DNA of 64,000 nucleotides from assembly GCA_963770895.1 (NCBI GenBank), contig CAVYRF010000002.1, forward strand, positions 2,656,001 through 2,720,000, given 5' to 3'. This document shows positions 34,442 to 46,507 of this stretch, one piece after another. How positions within the stretch are numbered: the stretch's first letter is position 1; every line of letters starts with the position of its first letter. Under the pieces are notes generated by a model. The model was not told where the DNA came from, did not search any database, and saw nothing but the letters and a program-made list of their open reading frames with translations. A program made the translations under genes and the position numbers. Origin of the DNA: an uncultured Acidobacteriota bacterium (GTDB taxonomy: Bacteria > Acidobacteriota > Thermoanaerobaculia > Multivoradales > UBA5704).

Positions 34442-34828
34442 ATGGTCTACCGACTGCCACCGGCCGGCCCCGCCAGCCAGATCCCGCCCGAGCGGCGAGG
34501 CGCGGTGATGGGGCGTTTCTGCCTGATCTGCGCCGCGGTGTACCCGCTGCACCGCGCCGTCCACGCGGGCCAGCCGGTCTACGGCCGCGACCATATCGCC
34601 TCGCCGTGCGCCCACGAAGGCGACACCTTCACCCCCGGCGCCAGCTGGTGGGAGCCGGCGGTGGAGGTGCTGCCGGCGCCCCCCGCGCCGCCCAAGGACG
34701 CCACCCCGCCGGCCCCGCTGGTCGGCGCTCCGGGGCCGGCCGGCCCGACGGCTCCCGCCGGCGCGGCACCGGCGCCGAAGCTGGGCGCGCCGCCCCCGGC
34801 GGCGGGCGGCGGCGCGGCCAAGGGGTAG
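34442..34828 (+). CDS. Hypothetical protein with CxxC/His/Cys cluster and Pro/Ala tail
   Basis: AGGAGGAG RBS. FCLIC...DH..SPCAHE. Confidence 0.65.
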   Translation: MVYRLPPAGPASQIPPERRGAVMGRFCLICAAVYPLHRAVHAGQPVYGRDHIASPCAHEGDTFTPGASWWEPAVEVLPAPPAPPKDATPPAPLVGAPGPAGPTAPAGAAPAPKLGAPPPAAGGGAAKG

Positions 34829-34891
34829 CCGCCCCTGCCGCCGCGCCGCGCACCCGGTTTCACCTGGGAGGCGCTCGACGGGCACCTGGCG

Positions 34892-35470
34892 GTGGTGCGC
34901 GCCTGCCGCCTCTGCCCGCGCGTCGAGCCTTCGCCGGTCGCCTGGCGGCCCGAGGTGGCGCCGCGCATGCTGCTGCTGGGCCAGGCCCCCGGTCCGCGCG
35001 AGGCGGGGCGCGGCCGCCCTTTTGCCCACACCGCCGGCACGCGGCTGTTTTCGTGGTTCGCCCGGTTGGGTGCCCCGGAAGCGGAGTTTCGCCGCCGCGT
35101 CTACATGGCGGCGGTCCTGCGCTGCTTTCCCGGCCGCGCGCCGGCCGGCGGCGACCGGGTGCCCGCTCCCGACGAGATCGCCCACTGCGCGCCGCACCTG
35201 GAAGCCGAGCTGCGGCTGATCCGGCCGTGGACGGTCATCGCCGTCGGCCAGCTGGCGATCAGCCGCTTCCTGCCGGCGCCGGCGCCGCTTGCCGAGCGCA
35301 TCGGCCGCGTCTTTGCCGTCACCCACGCCGGGGTGCGCTTCGACCTGGTGCCGCTGCCGCACCCTTCGGGACGCAGCACCTGGCTGGTGCAGCCCGAAAA
35401 TCAGGCTCGCCTGGACCTTGCCCTGGCCGCCCTGGCCGCGACGCGCGGCTGGCGCCAGACCTTTCCTTAA
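34892..35470 (+). CDS. Uracil-DNA glycosylase family protein (family 4/5-like); start uncertain
   Basis: CRLCP, LLGQAPG, RCFP, LPHPSG. Confidence 0.85.
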   Translation: MVRACRLCPRVEPSPVAWRPEVAPRMLLLGQAPGPREAGRGRPFAHTAGTRLFSWFARLGAPEAEFRRRVYMAAVLRCFPGRAPAGGDRVPAPDEIAHCAPHLEAELRLIRPWTVIAVGQLAISRFLPAPAPLAERIGRVFAVTHAGVRFDLVPLPHPSGRSTWLVQPENQARLDLALAALAATRGWRQTFP

Positions 35471-35473
35471 TCT

Positions 35474-36466
35474 TCAGGGGCGGCGGGCCAGGGCCAGGCC
35501 GAACAGGCCTTCGGGGTCGGTGAACCAGCCGGCCGGCTCGAAGCCGGCGGCGGTGAGCAGCGCTTCGGCGCTGGCGCGGTCGTACTTGGCGCTGATCTCG
35601 GTGCGGATCTCTTCGCCGGGGGCGAGGGTGAATTCCAGGCTGAGGCCCGGCAGGTAGACCTTTTGCGCGCACAGCGAGCGCAGGCGCATTTCGATCCAGC
35701 GGTGCCGGGTGTCGAAGAAGGCGTCGTGGGCGAAGGCGGACGGGTCGAAGTCGCCGCCGGCCAGGCGGTTGACGACGCGCAGGATGTTGCGGTTGAACTC
35801 GGCGGTGATGCCGGCGGCGTCGTTGTACGCCGCCTCCAGGCGCGCCACCGGCTTGATCAGGTCGACGCCCAGCAGGAAGTGATCGCCGGGCGCCATCTCG
35901 TGGTGGCGGCGGCGCAAGAAGGCCTGCGCGTCGGCCGGCTGCAGGTTGCCGATGGTGCCGCCCAGGAAGATGACCAGGCGCCCGCCGAGGCCGCTGGTGG
36001 CGGGCAGCGGCGACAGGTCGGTATTGAAATCGGCGACCAGGGCGTGCACGGCAAGGTCGGGATATTCGCCCACCAGCTCTTCGGCGATGCGGTGCACGGT
36101 GCCGGCGGCGAAATCGATCGGCACGTACAGGCGCAGGGTGCCGGCGTGCTGCATGGCGTCGAGCAGCACGCGCGTCTTGGTGGCGGCGCCCGAGCCGATC
36201 TCCACCAGCTGCTCGGCGCGCGACAGGTCGGCCACCAGGGGGGCGATCTGGCGCAGCAGGGCATGCTCGGTGCGCGTCTGGTAGTACTCGGGCTGCTCGC
36301 AGATCGTTTCGAACAGGTGCGAGCCGCGATCGTCGTAGAAGAAGCGCGACGGAATCTCGCGCGGCGATCTTTCCAGCGCGGCGCGCAGATCTTCGCGGTC
36401 GCCCGCCGCCTGTTCGTCGCGATTGTGGACGGTGACCAGGATCCGTTCGGATGTCGCGATCGCCAT
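35474..36466 (-). CDS. egtD: L-histidine N-alpha-methyltransferase
   Basis: FYDDRGSHLFETIC..PEYY.TRTE, EIGSG, FLGGTIGN, AYNDAAGITAEFN, IRTEISAKY. Confidence 0.9.
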   Translation of the reverse strand: MAIATSERILVTVHNRDEQAAGDREDLRAALERSPREIPSRFFYDDRGSHLFETICEQPEYYQTRTEHALLRQIAPLVADLSRAEQLVEIGSGAATKTRVLLDAMQHAGTLRLYVPIDFAAGTVHRIAEELVGEYPDLAVHALVADFNTDLSPLPATSGLGGRLVIFLGGTIGNLQPADAQAFLRRRHHEMAPGDHFLLGVDLIKPVARLEAAYNDAAGITAEFNRNILRVVNRLAGGDFDPSAFAHDAFFDTRHRWIEMRLRSLCAQKVYLPGLSLEFTLAPGEEIRTEISAKYDRASAEALLTAAGFEPAGWFTDPEGLFGLALARRP

Positions 36467-36671
36467 GGCTTCCGACCCTCCCTTGCGCGCTGTGGTTGCC
36501 GGCGAGCCATGGCCCGGCCGGAGTACACGGTTACAACGCCTCTTTTACGCCCAGACTTCCCGGTTCGGATTCTTTGTCACCGTCGTGTTGCAGTGCCGCC
36601 GCTGCATGCCGCTCGCAACCGGCGTGCCACCGCGATCTGGTCCGCCGCGCCGCGCCACAAACCTCCCACGA

Positions 36672-38474
36672 TCAGGCCGGTGTCGCGTCGCCCCGGCCGC
36701 TGACGGCGTCGCCGTTGGCGCCAACGCCAGCGTCGGTGCCGGGGCCGGTCGGCGGCGCCAGGCCGGCGGGCCGCACCGCGCGTTCGACGGCGGCCAGCCC
36801 CAGGTCCACCAGCAAAGCCAATAGCGCCGCCGGGATCGCCCCTGAAAGGATCATGCCGGTGTCGGCCAGCTGCAGCCCGGTGACGATCGGCTCGCCCAGG
36901 CCGCCGGCGCCGATGAAGGCGGCCAGGGTCGCCGTCCCGACGGTGATCACCGCGGCGGTGCGCACGCCGGCCATCAGCACCGGCGCGGCGAGCGGCAGGC
37001 GCACCAGGCGCAGCACCTGCCCCGGCGTCATGCCCAGGGCGGTCGCCGCTTCGACCGCCTTGGGGTCGGCGTCGCGGACTCCCGTGTAGGTATTGCGCAC
37101 GATCGGGAACAGCGAGTACAGCCAGAGCGCCGCCACCGCCGGCGGCGCGCCGATCCCCAGCAGCGGGATCATGAAGGCCAGCAGCGCCAGCGACGGCACG
37201 GTCTGCAGCAGCCCGAGCAGGCCGATGACCGGTTCGGCGGCGTGCCGGTGCCGCTCCAGGTAGAGGCCCAGCGGCACCGCCAGCAGCGTGCCGAGGAGCA
37301 ACGCGATGCCGCAGAGCGCCAGGTGGGTCAGCACCCGCCGCCCGAAGACGCCGCGCTCGCGCCACAGCCGGCGCAGGCCGGCGGCCAGCTCGCCGCCGCG
37401 CCCGCCCGCCGCGGCGGCGCCGGGGCTGCCGGTGGCGGCGGTGGGATTGCCGGGGCGGCGCGGGGCGCCCGTCGCCGGCCGGCCGTCGTCGCCGGACCCT
37501 TCGCCGGCGGGGCGCGGCACCAGGCCGAGTGTCGCCAGGGCGTCGCGCGCCACCACCGCCTCGTCCTCATTGCCCTCCTGCAGGCGCAGGTTGAGGCGGC
37601 GCATCGCCGCTTCGTCCAAGGCGCCGCCCAGAAGCGACAGGGCGGCACCCAGCTCGGGGTGGGCGGCCAGAGCCGCGCCGCGTACCAGCGGCGCCGCCTC
37701 GTAGGGCGGGAAGAAGCCGCGGTCGTCGCGCAGCACGGTCAGGTGGTACAGGTCCAGGCGCGCGTCGGTCGTGTAGACGTCGAGCACCTGGATGGCACGC
37801 CGCCCCACCGCCTGGTACTTGAGCGTCTCCTGCATCGCCTGCACCGATTGGAAGTGCATGCCGTAGGCGCGCGCCAGCCCCGGCAGGCCGTCGGGGCGCG
37901 CCAGGAACTCGTGGCCGAAGCTGGCCGGCAGGCGCGGCGCGACGCGCGCCAGGTCGGACAGCGTCGCCAGGTGGTCGCGCGCCGCGAGCTCGTCCGGCAC
38001 CGCGATCTGGTAGGCGTTCTGAAAGCCCAGCGGCGCTCCCCACCAGAGGTCCCAGCGCGCCAGGAACTCCGCCCGCACGCGATCGAGCGTGGCGCTGGGG
38101 GCGCCGGCGGGCGGCGCTTCGCCCAGGATGGAGACCAGGCCGGTGCCGGTATATTCGGGATAGACGTCGATGGCGCCGCGCTTGATCGCCTCGAAGCAGA
38201 CCTGAGTCCCGGCCAACCCCAGCCGGCGCTCCACGGACAGGCCGGTGCGCGCCTCGATCAGCTGCGCGAACATCTCGCCCAGCAGGCGGCTTTCTTCGAA
38301 ATTCTTGGAACCGACCACCACGGTGCCGTGGCGGCCGCCGCCCAGGCGCGTGGCGGTCTGCGCCGTTGCCGGGGTCGTCGCCGGGTGCGCCGGCGACGGC
38401 GCCGCGGCCGCCAGGGCCAGCGCCAGCGCGACCCACGGCCGGCGGCGGAGCGACGATGGCGAGCGCCTGGGCAT
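36672..38474 (-). CDS. Fused substrate-binding protein and permease of a betaine-type (Opu/EgtU-like) ABC importer
   Basis: VGSKNFEE, IDVYPEYTGT, GFQNAY, FFPPY, then LQTVPSLALLA, EAATALGMT, IGAGGLG. Confidence 0.9.
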   Translation of the reverse strand: MPRRSPSSLRRRPWVALALALAAAAPSPAHPATTPATAQTATRLGGGRHGTVVVGSKNFEESRLLGEMFAQLIEARTGLSVERRLGLAGTQVCFEAIKRGAIDVYPEYTGTGLVSILGEAPPAGAPSATLDRVRAEFLARWDLWWGAPLGFQNAYQIAVPDELAARDHLATLSDLARVAPRLPASFGHEFLARPDGLPGLARAYGMHFQSVQAMQETLKYQAVGRRAIQVLDVYTTDARLDLYHLTVLRDDRGFFPPYEAAPLVRGAALAAHPELGAALSLLGGALDEAAMRRLNLRLQEGNEDEAVVARDALATLGLVPRPAGEGSGDDGRPATGAPRRPGNPTAATGSPGAAAAGGRGGELAAGLRRLWRERGVFGRRVLTHLALCGIALLLGTLLAVPLGLYLERHRHAAEPVIGLLGLLQTVPSLALLAFMIPLLGIGAPPAVAALWLYSLFPIVRNTYTGVRDADPKAVEAATALGMTPGQVLRLVRLPLAAPVLMAGVRTAAVITVGTATLAAFIGAGGLGEPIVTGLQLADTGMILSGAIPAALLALLVDLGLAAVERAVRPAGLAPPTGPGTDAGVGANGDAVSGRGDATPA

Positions 38475-38531
38475 GGGTGGCGGCGGCGGGCAGGGGCGGC
38501 GTGACGGGGGCGGTGGCCGGCGCGGTGGCGA

Positions 38532-39299
38532 TCAGGCGACGGGCGGCGCGCCGGTGCGCAGGGCCAGCAGCTCGCGCACGTAGTCGGTCGCGGGCGCCGC
38601 CACCAGGTCCGCGGGGCGGCCGAGCTGCAAGAGCGTCCCCTGCCGCATGACGCCGATGCGGTCGGCCAGGCGGAACGCTTCGCCCAGGTCGTGGGTGACC
38701 AGCACCGTCGTCTTGCCCAGGCGGCGCTTGAGGTCGAGGAACTGGCGGTGCAGCTCCAGGCGGGTGAGCGCGTCCAGCGCGCCGAACGGCTCGTCGAGCA
38801 GCACGACGGGCGGGTCCGCGGCCAGGGCGCGCGCAAAGGCGACGCGCTGGCGCTGGCCGCCCGACAGCTCGGCCGGGTAGCGCCGGGCATGGCGCTCCGG
38901 ATCCAGGCCCACCAGCTCCAGCATCGCCCGCGCCCGCGCCGCGCGGCGCGCCGGCTCCCAGCCGAGCAGGCGCGGCACCAGCTCGACGTTGCGCCCCACC
39001 CGCCAGTGCGGCAGCAGGCCCCCGTCCTGCGGCACGTAGCCGATGCTCCGGCGCAGCGCGATCGGGTCGAGGGCGCCGACCGGCCGTCCGTCCAGGCGCG
39101 CCTCGCCGGTCGTCGGCTCCACCATGCGGTTCCACATGCGCAGCAGAGTGGTCTTGCCGCTGCCGCTTTCGCCCACCAGCGCCAGCGTCTCGCCCGCGGC
39201 GACGGACAGGCTCACCGGCGTCAGCGCGCGCGTGCCGTCGCGCCAGGTCTTGGTGACGGCGACGGCTTCCAGCGCGGCGACCACGGCAGGGGATGGCAC
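38532..39299 (-). CDS. ABC importer ATPase (OpuA/OpuCA-like, no CBS domains)
   Basis: GESGSGKTT, IGYVPQ, LSGGQRQRV, LLDEPFGALD. Confidence 0.9.
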   Translation of the reverse strand: MPSPAVVAALEAVAVTKTWRDGTRALTPVSLSVAAGETLALVGESGSGKTTLLRMWNRMVEPTTGEARLDGRPVGALDPIALRRSIGYVPQDGGLLPHWRVGRNVELVPRLLGWEPARRAARARAMLELVGLDPERHARRYPAELSGGQRQRVAFARALAADPPVVLLDEPFGALDALTRLELHRQFLDLKRRLGKTTVLVTHDLGEAFRLADRIGVMRQGTLLQLGRPADLVAAPATDYVRELLALRTGAPPVA

Positions 39300-39337
39300 G
39301 GTGGGGGGCTGCCGTTACGGGGGAGGCCGGCGGGAGA

Positions 39338-40678
39338 CTAGAGCAGGCGGGTGACGATGTCCACGTGGGAGGTCAGGGTGCGGTGCACCGGGCAGCGGTC
39401 GGCGATCTCGTGCAGGCGGATGCGCTGCTGTTCGGTCAGCGGGCCGCGCAGCTCCAGGTCGCGCTCGATGCGCTCCAGCCTGGCGTCCGCGCCGGTCGCC
39501 GCTTCGCACCGCTCGCAGTCGGCGGCGTGCACGCGGCTGTGGCGCAGCCGCACCCGGACGCCGGCGAGCGGGATCTTCTTGCGATCGGCGTACAGCCGCA
39601 GGGTCATCGAGGTGCAGGCCCCGAGCGCGGCCAGCAGCAGGCCGTAGGGCGTCGGCCCGGCGTCGTTGCCGCCCTGGGCGACCGGCTCGTCGGCGACCAG
39701 GGTGTGGGTGCCGGCCGTGACGTCCTGGCGCAACGCGCCGGGCTCACCGGTCACCTCGACCTCGCCGGGCGGCAGCGGCGGGTGCTCGGGTTGGCCTGCC
39801 GCGGCCTCCGGCGGCCGCGCCGCCGCCTGCTGCGGGCGGGCCGGCAGGTAGCGCTCGGCCCAGGTTGCCAGGACGGCGCCGGCCTGGGCGGCGTCGCGGG
39901 GGTCGCTCAGCAGGTGGTCGGCGGCGCCGAGCGAAACGAAGCTCTTGGGGTGGCGCGCCGCCAGGAACAGGCGCTCGGCATGCTCGATCCCCACCACCCG
40001 GTCGAGCGGCGAATGGAAGATCAGCAGCGGCCTGCCCAGCTGTGCCGCGGCGCCGTGCAGGTGGTCCGCCGCCAGGTCGTCGAGCAGCTGGCGGCGGATG
40101 CGCACCGGCCGCTCGCCGCCCAGGTCCAGCTCGACGCCCTCGGCCGCGCCAGAGCCGGGAGCCCGTGGCTGCGACGGATCGGCCAGGTTTGCCGGATCGG
40201 CCAGGTTTGCCGGGTCGGCCGGGTCCGGCGCCGCTCCCAGGCGCGCCGCCAGCTTGTGGTGCAGGTGGGCGGTGTCGCTGGGGGCGGCGATGGTGGCGAC
40301 CGCCACGGCCTCGGGCACGTGACGGGCGGCGGCCAGCACCGCCGTGCCTCCCAGGCTGTGGCCGACCAGCAGCGCCGGCGGCAGCCCGCGCCGGCGCAGA
40401 AATTCCGCCGCGGCGACGATGTCCTGCACGTTGGACGAAAAATTGGACGCCGAAAAGTCGCCGCCGCTTTCGCCGATGCCGGTGAAGTCGAAGCGCAGCA
40501 CCGCGATGCCGCGCGAAGTCAGCTCGTGGCAGATCAGGCCCGCGGCGCGCAGATCCTTCGAGCAGGTGAAGCAGTGGGCCAGCAGGGCGCACGCGGCCGG
40601 CCTGTCCTCGGGGCTTTCCAGGCGGCCCACCAGGGTCGCCCCTTGCGAGCCCGCAAAGCTGACGTGCTCACGGATCAC
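39338..40678 (-). CDS. Alpha/beta hydrolase-OsmC fusion protein
   Basis: [26 protein letters not shown], then ADEP..GG...GPTP, LGACT, CPVHRTL. GTG start inferred 6 nt after TACGAT. Confidence 0.9.
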   Translation of the reverse strand: MIREHVSFAGSQGATLVGRLESPEDRPAACALLAHCFTCSKDLRAAGLICHELTSRGIAVLRFDFTGIGESGGDFSASNFSSNVQDIVAAAEFLRRRGLPPALLVGHSLGGTAVLAAARHVPEAVAVATIAAPSDTAHLHHKLAARLGAAPDPADPANLADPANLADPSQPRAPGSGAAEGVELDLGGERPVRIRRQLLDDLAADHLHGAAAQLGRPLLIFHSPLDRVVGIEHAERLFLAARHPKSFVSLGAADHLLSDPRDAAQAGAVLATWAERYLPARPQQAAARPPEAAAGQPEHPPLPPGEVEVTGEPGALRQDVTAGTHTLVADEPVAQGGNDAGPTPYGLLLAALGACTSMTLRLYADRKKIPLAGVRVRLRHSRVHAADCERCEAATGADARLERIERDLELRGPLTEQQRIRLHEIADRCPVHRTLTSHVDIVTRLL

Positions 40679-40834
40679 CAATGCATCGTAACACCCGTCG
40701 CCGGCCGGGGAGGGCAGACGACAACCTGCAGGATCGATCAGACCTCCGCAGGCTGCAACGCCGTCCACGAGGCAGGACACGCCACCGTCCCCAGCTGCCG
40801 CCAGGCCCCCTGGCTTGGGTGACTATGTATTTTG

Positions 40835-40880
40835 ATTCAGATACTTACGTCATGATCGGGTCATTGGCACGGTTCTTGGA
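40835..40880 (+). promoter_or_regulatory. Putative sigma54 (-24/-12) promoter with upstream IHF-like site
   Basis: TGGCACG-GTTC-TTGG at 40865-40879 (consensus TGGCACG-N4-TTGC, one mismatch). ATTCAGATACTTA at 40835-40847 matches WATCAR-N4-TTR with one mismatch, in an AT-rich patch. Confidence 0.6.
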
Positions 40881-40890
40881 ATCTACTCTT

Positions 40891-41001
40891 GTCGACGGCG
40901 GAAGTGGTCGAGCGGCTTCCGTCGACGAAGGAACGGACAAGGCTCCTCTCCCAAGCGCCGAGGCAGGTCTCAACCCTCCGCCTGCCTCGGCCTCTTTTTT
41001 C
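40891..41001 (+). ncRNA. Candidate small RNA (~110 nt)
   Basis: Begins at the +1 predicted from the sigma54 motif. 5' hairpin GTCGAC...GTCGAC, single-stranded middle, 3' intrinsic terminator. No credible ORF. Confidence 0.5.
40957..41001 (+). terminator. Rho-independent terminator
   Basis: 11-bp stem GCCGAGGCAGG/CCTGCCTCGGC followed by CTCTTTTTTC. Confidence 0.8.
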
Positions 41002-41007
41002 TCCCCG

Positions 41008-41013
41008 TATAAT
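41008..41013 (+). promoter_or_regulatory. -10 box of a probable leaderless pcnB transcript
   Basis: TATAAT 7 nt upstream of GTG 41021. No SD sequence. Confidence 0.6.
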
Positions 41014-41020
41014 TGTCGCC

Positions 41021-42319
41021 GTGAGTGAAGAGGCCGAGCTACCGCCACGGATCGTGCCGCGGTCCGAACATCCGATCTCGCGCGGTGACATCGACAAGAA
41101 CGCGGTCAAGGTTCTCTATCGTCTCCACCGCGCGGGCTACCTTGCATACCTGGTCGGCGGCGGCGTGCGCGACCTGATGCTGGGCCGCAAGCCGAAGGAC
41201 TTCGACGTCGGCACCGACGCCCGCCCCAACGAGCTGCGCCGCCTGTTCGGCAACAGCCGCATCATCGGCCGCCGCTTCCGCCTGGTGCACGTCTACTTTC
41301 AGGACGGCGACGTGGTGGACGTGTCGACCTTCCGCCGCGATCCGCAGCCCGAGGAGCAGGCGGCGGCGCCGGGCGAGCTGCTGATCACCAGCGACAACTC
41401 CTACGGCACGCCGCGCCAGGACGCCTTCCGCCGCGACTTCACCATCAACGCCCTGTTTTACAGCATCGCCGACTACACGGTGATCGACTACACCGGCGGC
41501 ATCGAAGATCTGCGCAACCAGCTGGTGCGCGCCATCGGCGATCCCGACGTGCGCTTCCGCGAGGACCCGGTGCGCATGCTGCGCGCCTGCGAGTTCGCCG
41601 GCCGGCTCGGCTTCGGCATCGAGGTGCGCACCCAGGAGGCGATCCACCGCCACCGCAAGGACCTCGAAAAGGCCTCCCCGGCACGCGTCACCGAGGAGAT
41701 CGTGCAGCTGCTGCGCTGCGGCCATGCCGGCGCCGCCATGCAATGGATGCTGGAGCTGGGCTTGCTGGAGGCGCTGCTGCCCGAGGTCTACGCCATGGTG
41801 GCCGCCGGCCAGCGCGGCCTGGGCGACTTCGGCCAGGTGCTGCCGGTGATCGACCGCCTGGTCGTCGGCGGCCGCGAGCTGGCGGACACCGCGCTGCTCG
41901 CCGCCCTGCTGCTGCCCAGCGTCATGCTGCGGCGCGACGACCTGGAAGCCGCCAAACGGCGGCCGATGAGCCGCGCCGCGGTCGAGCAGCTGGTCGACGA
42001 CCAGACGACGCCCTTCCTCACCCGCTTCACCCTGTCCAACCTGAAGGCGCAGCAGATCCGCCAGGCGCTGGTGGGGTTTTTCCGCCTGTGCGAGCCGCGC
42101 TGGAGCCTGCCGGAGCGGGTGCGGTTCACCCGCAAGCCCTACTTTGACGACGCGCTGCTGCTGTTCGAGCTGCTGGTGCTGGCGACGGGCGAAGGCGGCG
42201 AGGCCTACGCGGAATGGCGCGAAGCGGCGCGCCGCCGCACGCCGCAGGCGACCGAAGCGGCGGTGCCGCCGCGGCCGCGGGTGCGCCGCCGCCGGCGCCG
42301 CCGCGGGCAGGGCGCCTGA
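41021..42319 (+). CDS. pcnB: Poly(A) polymerase I
   Basis: [17 protein letters not shown] signature [29 protein letters not shown], Arg-rich tail. Confidence 0.9.
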   Translation: MSEEAELPPRIVPRSEHPISRGDIDKNAVKVLYRLHRAGYLAYLVGGGVRDLMLGRKPKDFDVGTDARPNELRRLFGNSRIIGRRFRLVHVYFQDGDVVDVSTFRRDPQPEEQAAAPGELLITSDNSYGTPRQDAFRRDFTINALFYSIADYTVIDYTGGIEDLRNQLVRAIGDPDVRFREDPVRMLRACEFAGRLGFGIEVRTQEAIHRHRKDLEKASPARVTEEIVQLLRCGHAGAAMQWMLELGLLEALLPEVYAMVAAGQRGLGDFGQVLPVIDRLVVGGRELADTALLAALLLPSVMLRRDDLEAAKRRPMSRAAVEQLVDDQTTPFLTRFTLSNLKAQQIRQALVGFFRLCEPRWSLPERVRFTRKPYFDDALLLFELLVLATGEGGEAYAEWREAARRRTPQATEAAVPPRPRVRRRRRRRGQGA

Positions 42320-42345
42320 GGGCGGATCGCCCGGAGAGGACGCGC

Positions 42346-43023
42346 ATGGCCTGGTTCCCTGACATCTATCGCTCGGCGGTGGGCAAAAAGGCGGTGATGG
42401 CCGCCACCGGCTTGATCCTGTTCGGGTTCGTGCTCGGGCACATGGCGGGCAACCTCAAGCTCTACGAGGGTCCGCGGGTGCTCAACGCCTACGCGGAATT
42501 CCTGCGCAGCGCCGGCCAGCCCGAGCTGCCGCGGGGGGCCCTGCTGTGGAGCGCCCGCGTGGTGCTGCTGGTCGCCGTCGTGCTGCACATCTGGGCCGCG
42601 TGGCAGCTCAACCTGGTCAGCCGCGCGGCGCGGCCGGTCGCCTACGCCGGCGGCACGCGCATCCACACCACCTACGCTTCGCGCACCATGCGCTGGGGCG
42701 GCGTCATCATCGCGCTGTTCGTCGTCTACCACCTGCTGCATCTCACCTGGGGGACGGTGCACCCCAGCTTCGTGCCCGGCGACGTCTACCACAACGTGGT
42801 GGCCGGCTTTCAGGTGTGGTGGGTGGCGGTGTTCTACGTCGCCGCCCAGGTGGCGCTGGGCTTCCACCTGTACCACGGCCTGTGGAGCCTGTTCCAGTCG
42901 CTGGGCTTGAACCATCCGCGCTTCAACCTGTGGCGCAACGGCTTCGCCCACGCCTTTGCCTGGATCGTCACCCTGGGCAACGTCGTCGCTTCCCCTCGCC
43001 GTGCTCAGCGGGCTGGTGCGCTG

Positions 43024-43024
<1 letters not shown>
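42346..43024 (+). CDS. sdhC: Succinate dehydrogenase cytochrome b558 subunit, with a +1 frameshift near 42985
   Basis: [23 protein letters not shown]. The natural end [14 protein letters not shown] lies in the +1 frame and overlaps the sdhA ATG (TGATG). Confidence 0.85.
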
Positions 43025-44967
<1,943 letters not shown>

Positions 44968-44968
<1 letters not shown>

Positions 44969-45750
44969 TGAACCTGACTCTCTTCGTCTGGCGCCAGGCG
45001 GGGCCGGCAGCGGCCGGGCGCATGGCGCGCTACGAGGCGCGCGACATCAACCCGGACAGCTCCTTTTTGGAGATGCTCGACGTCGTCAACGAGCGGCTGG
45101 CCGAAAGCGGCCAGGATCGCATCGCCTTCGACCACGACTGCCGCGAAGGGATCTGCGGCATGTGCGGCTTCATGATCAACGGCGAAGCGCATGGGCCGCG
45201 CCGCGGCACCACCGTGTGCCAGCTGCACATGCGGCATTTCAAGGACGGCGACGTGCTGCACCTGGAGCCCTGGCGGTCGCGCGGCTTTCCGGTGGTCAAG
45301 GACCTGATGGTCAACCGCGGCGCCTTCGACCGCATCATCCAGGCCGGCGGCTTCATCTCGGTCGCGACCGGCAGCGCCCCCGAAGCCAACCTGATGCCGA
45401 TCCCCAAGGGGATCGCCGACCGCGCTTTCGAAGCCGCCGAGTGCATCGGCTGCGGCGCCTGCGTGGCGCAGTGCCCGAACGGCGCGGCGCAGCTGTTCAC
45501 CGCCGCCAAGATCTCCCACCTCGCCTTGCTGCCGCAGGGGCAGCCGGAGCGCTCGCCGCGGGCGCTGGCCATGGTCGAAGCGATGGAGCGTGAGGGATTT
45601 GGCTACTGCAGCAACCACGCCGAGTGCGAAGCCGTCTGCCCCAAGCGCATCTCGATCGACTGCATCGCCCGGCTCAACCGCGACTTTCTGCGCGCCCGGG
45701 CCGCAGCGCCGCCGCGCGGGCCGCAGGGCGGCGCCGGCGGCGCATCCTGA
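44968..45750 (+). CDS. sdhB: Succinate dehydrogenase iron-sulfur subunit
   Basis: TAATG overlap. [16 protein letters not shown]...[14 protein letters not shown]. Confidence 0.95.
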
Positions 45751-45800
45751 GGAGCGCTGGCCGGCCGGGCGGCGCGCCAGCGGCAAGGAGTGAGCAAGCC

Positions 45801-46079
45801 ATGGCCCACCTGGTGATGCAGGACCTGGACCCGCGGGTGGTCGAAGCCCTGGCGGAGCGCGCCACGCGGCACGGCACCTCCATCGAGGCCGAGGCGCGGG
45901 CCGTGCTGGAAGGCGCGCTCGGCCTGTCGCGGGCGCGGGCGCTGGAGGGCGCGCGCCGCCTGCGGGCGCAGTGGGCGGGCCGGCCGCTGGCGGGCAGCGA
46001 CGAGCTGTTGCGGGCGGACCGCGACCGCCTGAGCGGCGACGCCGGCGACGACCCGGCGCCCGCCCGGGGAGGCGGCTGA
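45801..46079 (+). CDS. FitA-like ribbon-helix-helix antitoxin
   Basis: MAHLVMQDLD...LAERATRHGTSIEAEARAVL; C-terminal LLRADR. Confidence 0.8.
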   Translation: MAHLVMQDLDPRVVEALAERATRHGTSIEAEARAVLEGALGLSRARALEGARRLRAQWAGRPLAGSDELLRADRDRLSGDAGDDPAPARGGG

Positions 46080-46507
46080 TGCAGCGCTGCGTGGTGGACG
46101 CCTCGGTCGTGGCGCTGTGGTACTTCCCGCAGCCGGCCACGCCCCACGCCGACGCCCTGCTGGCCGGCAGGTGCGAGCTGCTGGCGCCCGACCTGCTGCA
46201 CCTCGAGATCGCCGCCCTGGTGGCGCGCCGGGTGCGCCGCGGCGAGATCGACGAAGAGGGCGGGCGCGCCGTGCTGGCCGAGCTGCGCCAGGTCCCCTTC
46301 GAGTGGGCGCCGGTCGCCACCCTGGTCCCCGCCGCCCTGGACCTGGCGCTGCGCGCCGATCTCAGCCTGGCGAGCAGCCTCTACCTGGCGCTGGCCATCC
46401 GCGACTCCTGTTCGCTGGTCACCGCCGACCGCCAGCTGTACGAAACCGCCTGCGCCGCCGGGCACGCCCGCAACCTGGTCTGGCTGGGCGACTTAGCCAG
46501 CGCGTAG
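46079..46507 (+). CDS. VapC/PIN-domain toxin
   Basis: TGATG coupling. VVDASV, APDLLHLE, YLALA, LVTADRQL. The usual 'YD' acidic position reads SS. Confidence 0.8.
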   Translation: MQRCVVDASVVALWYFPQPATPHADALLAGRCELLAPDLLHLEIAALVARRVRRGEIDEEGGRAVLAELRQVPFEWAPVATLVPAALDLALRADLSLASSLYLALAIRDSCSLVTADRQLYETACAAGHARNLVWLGDLASA

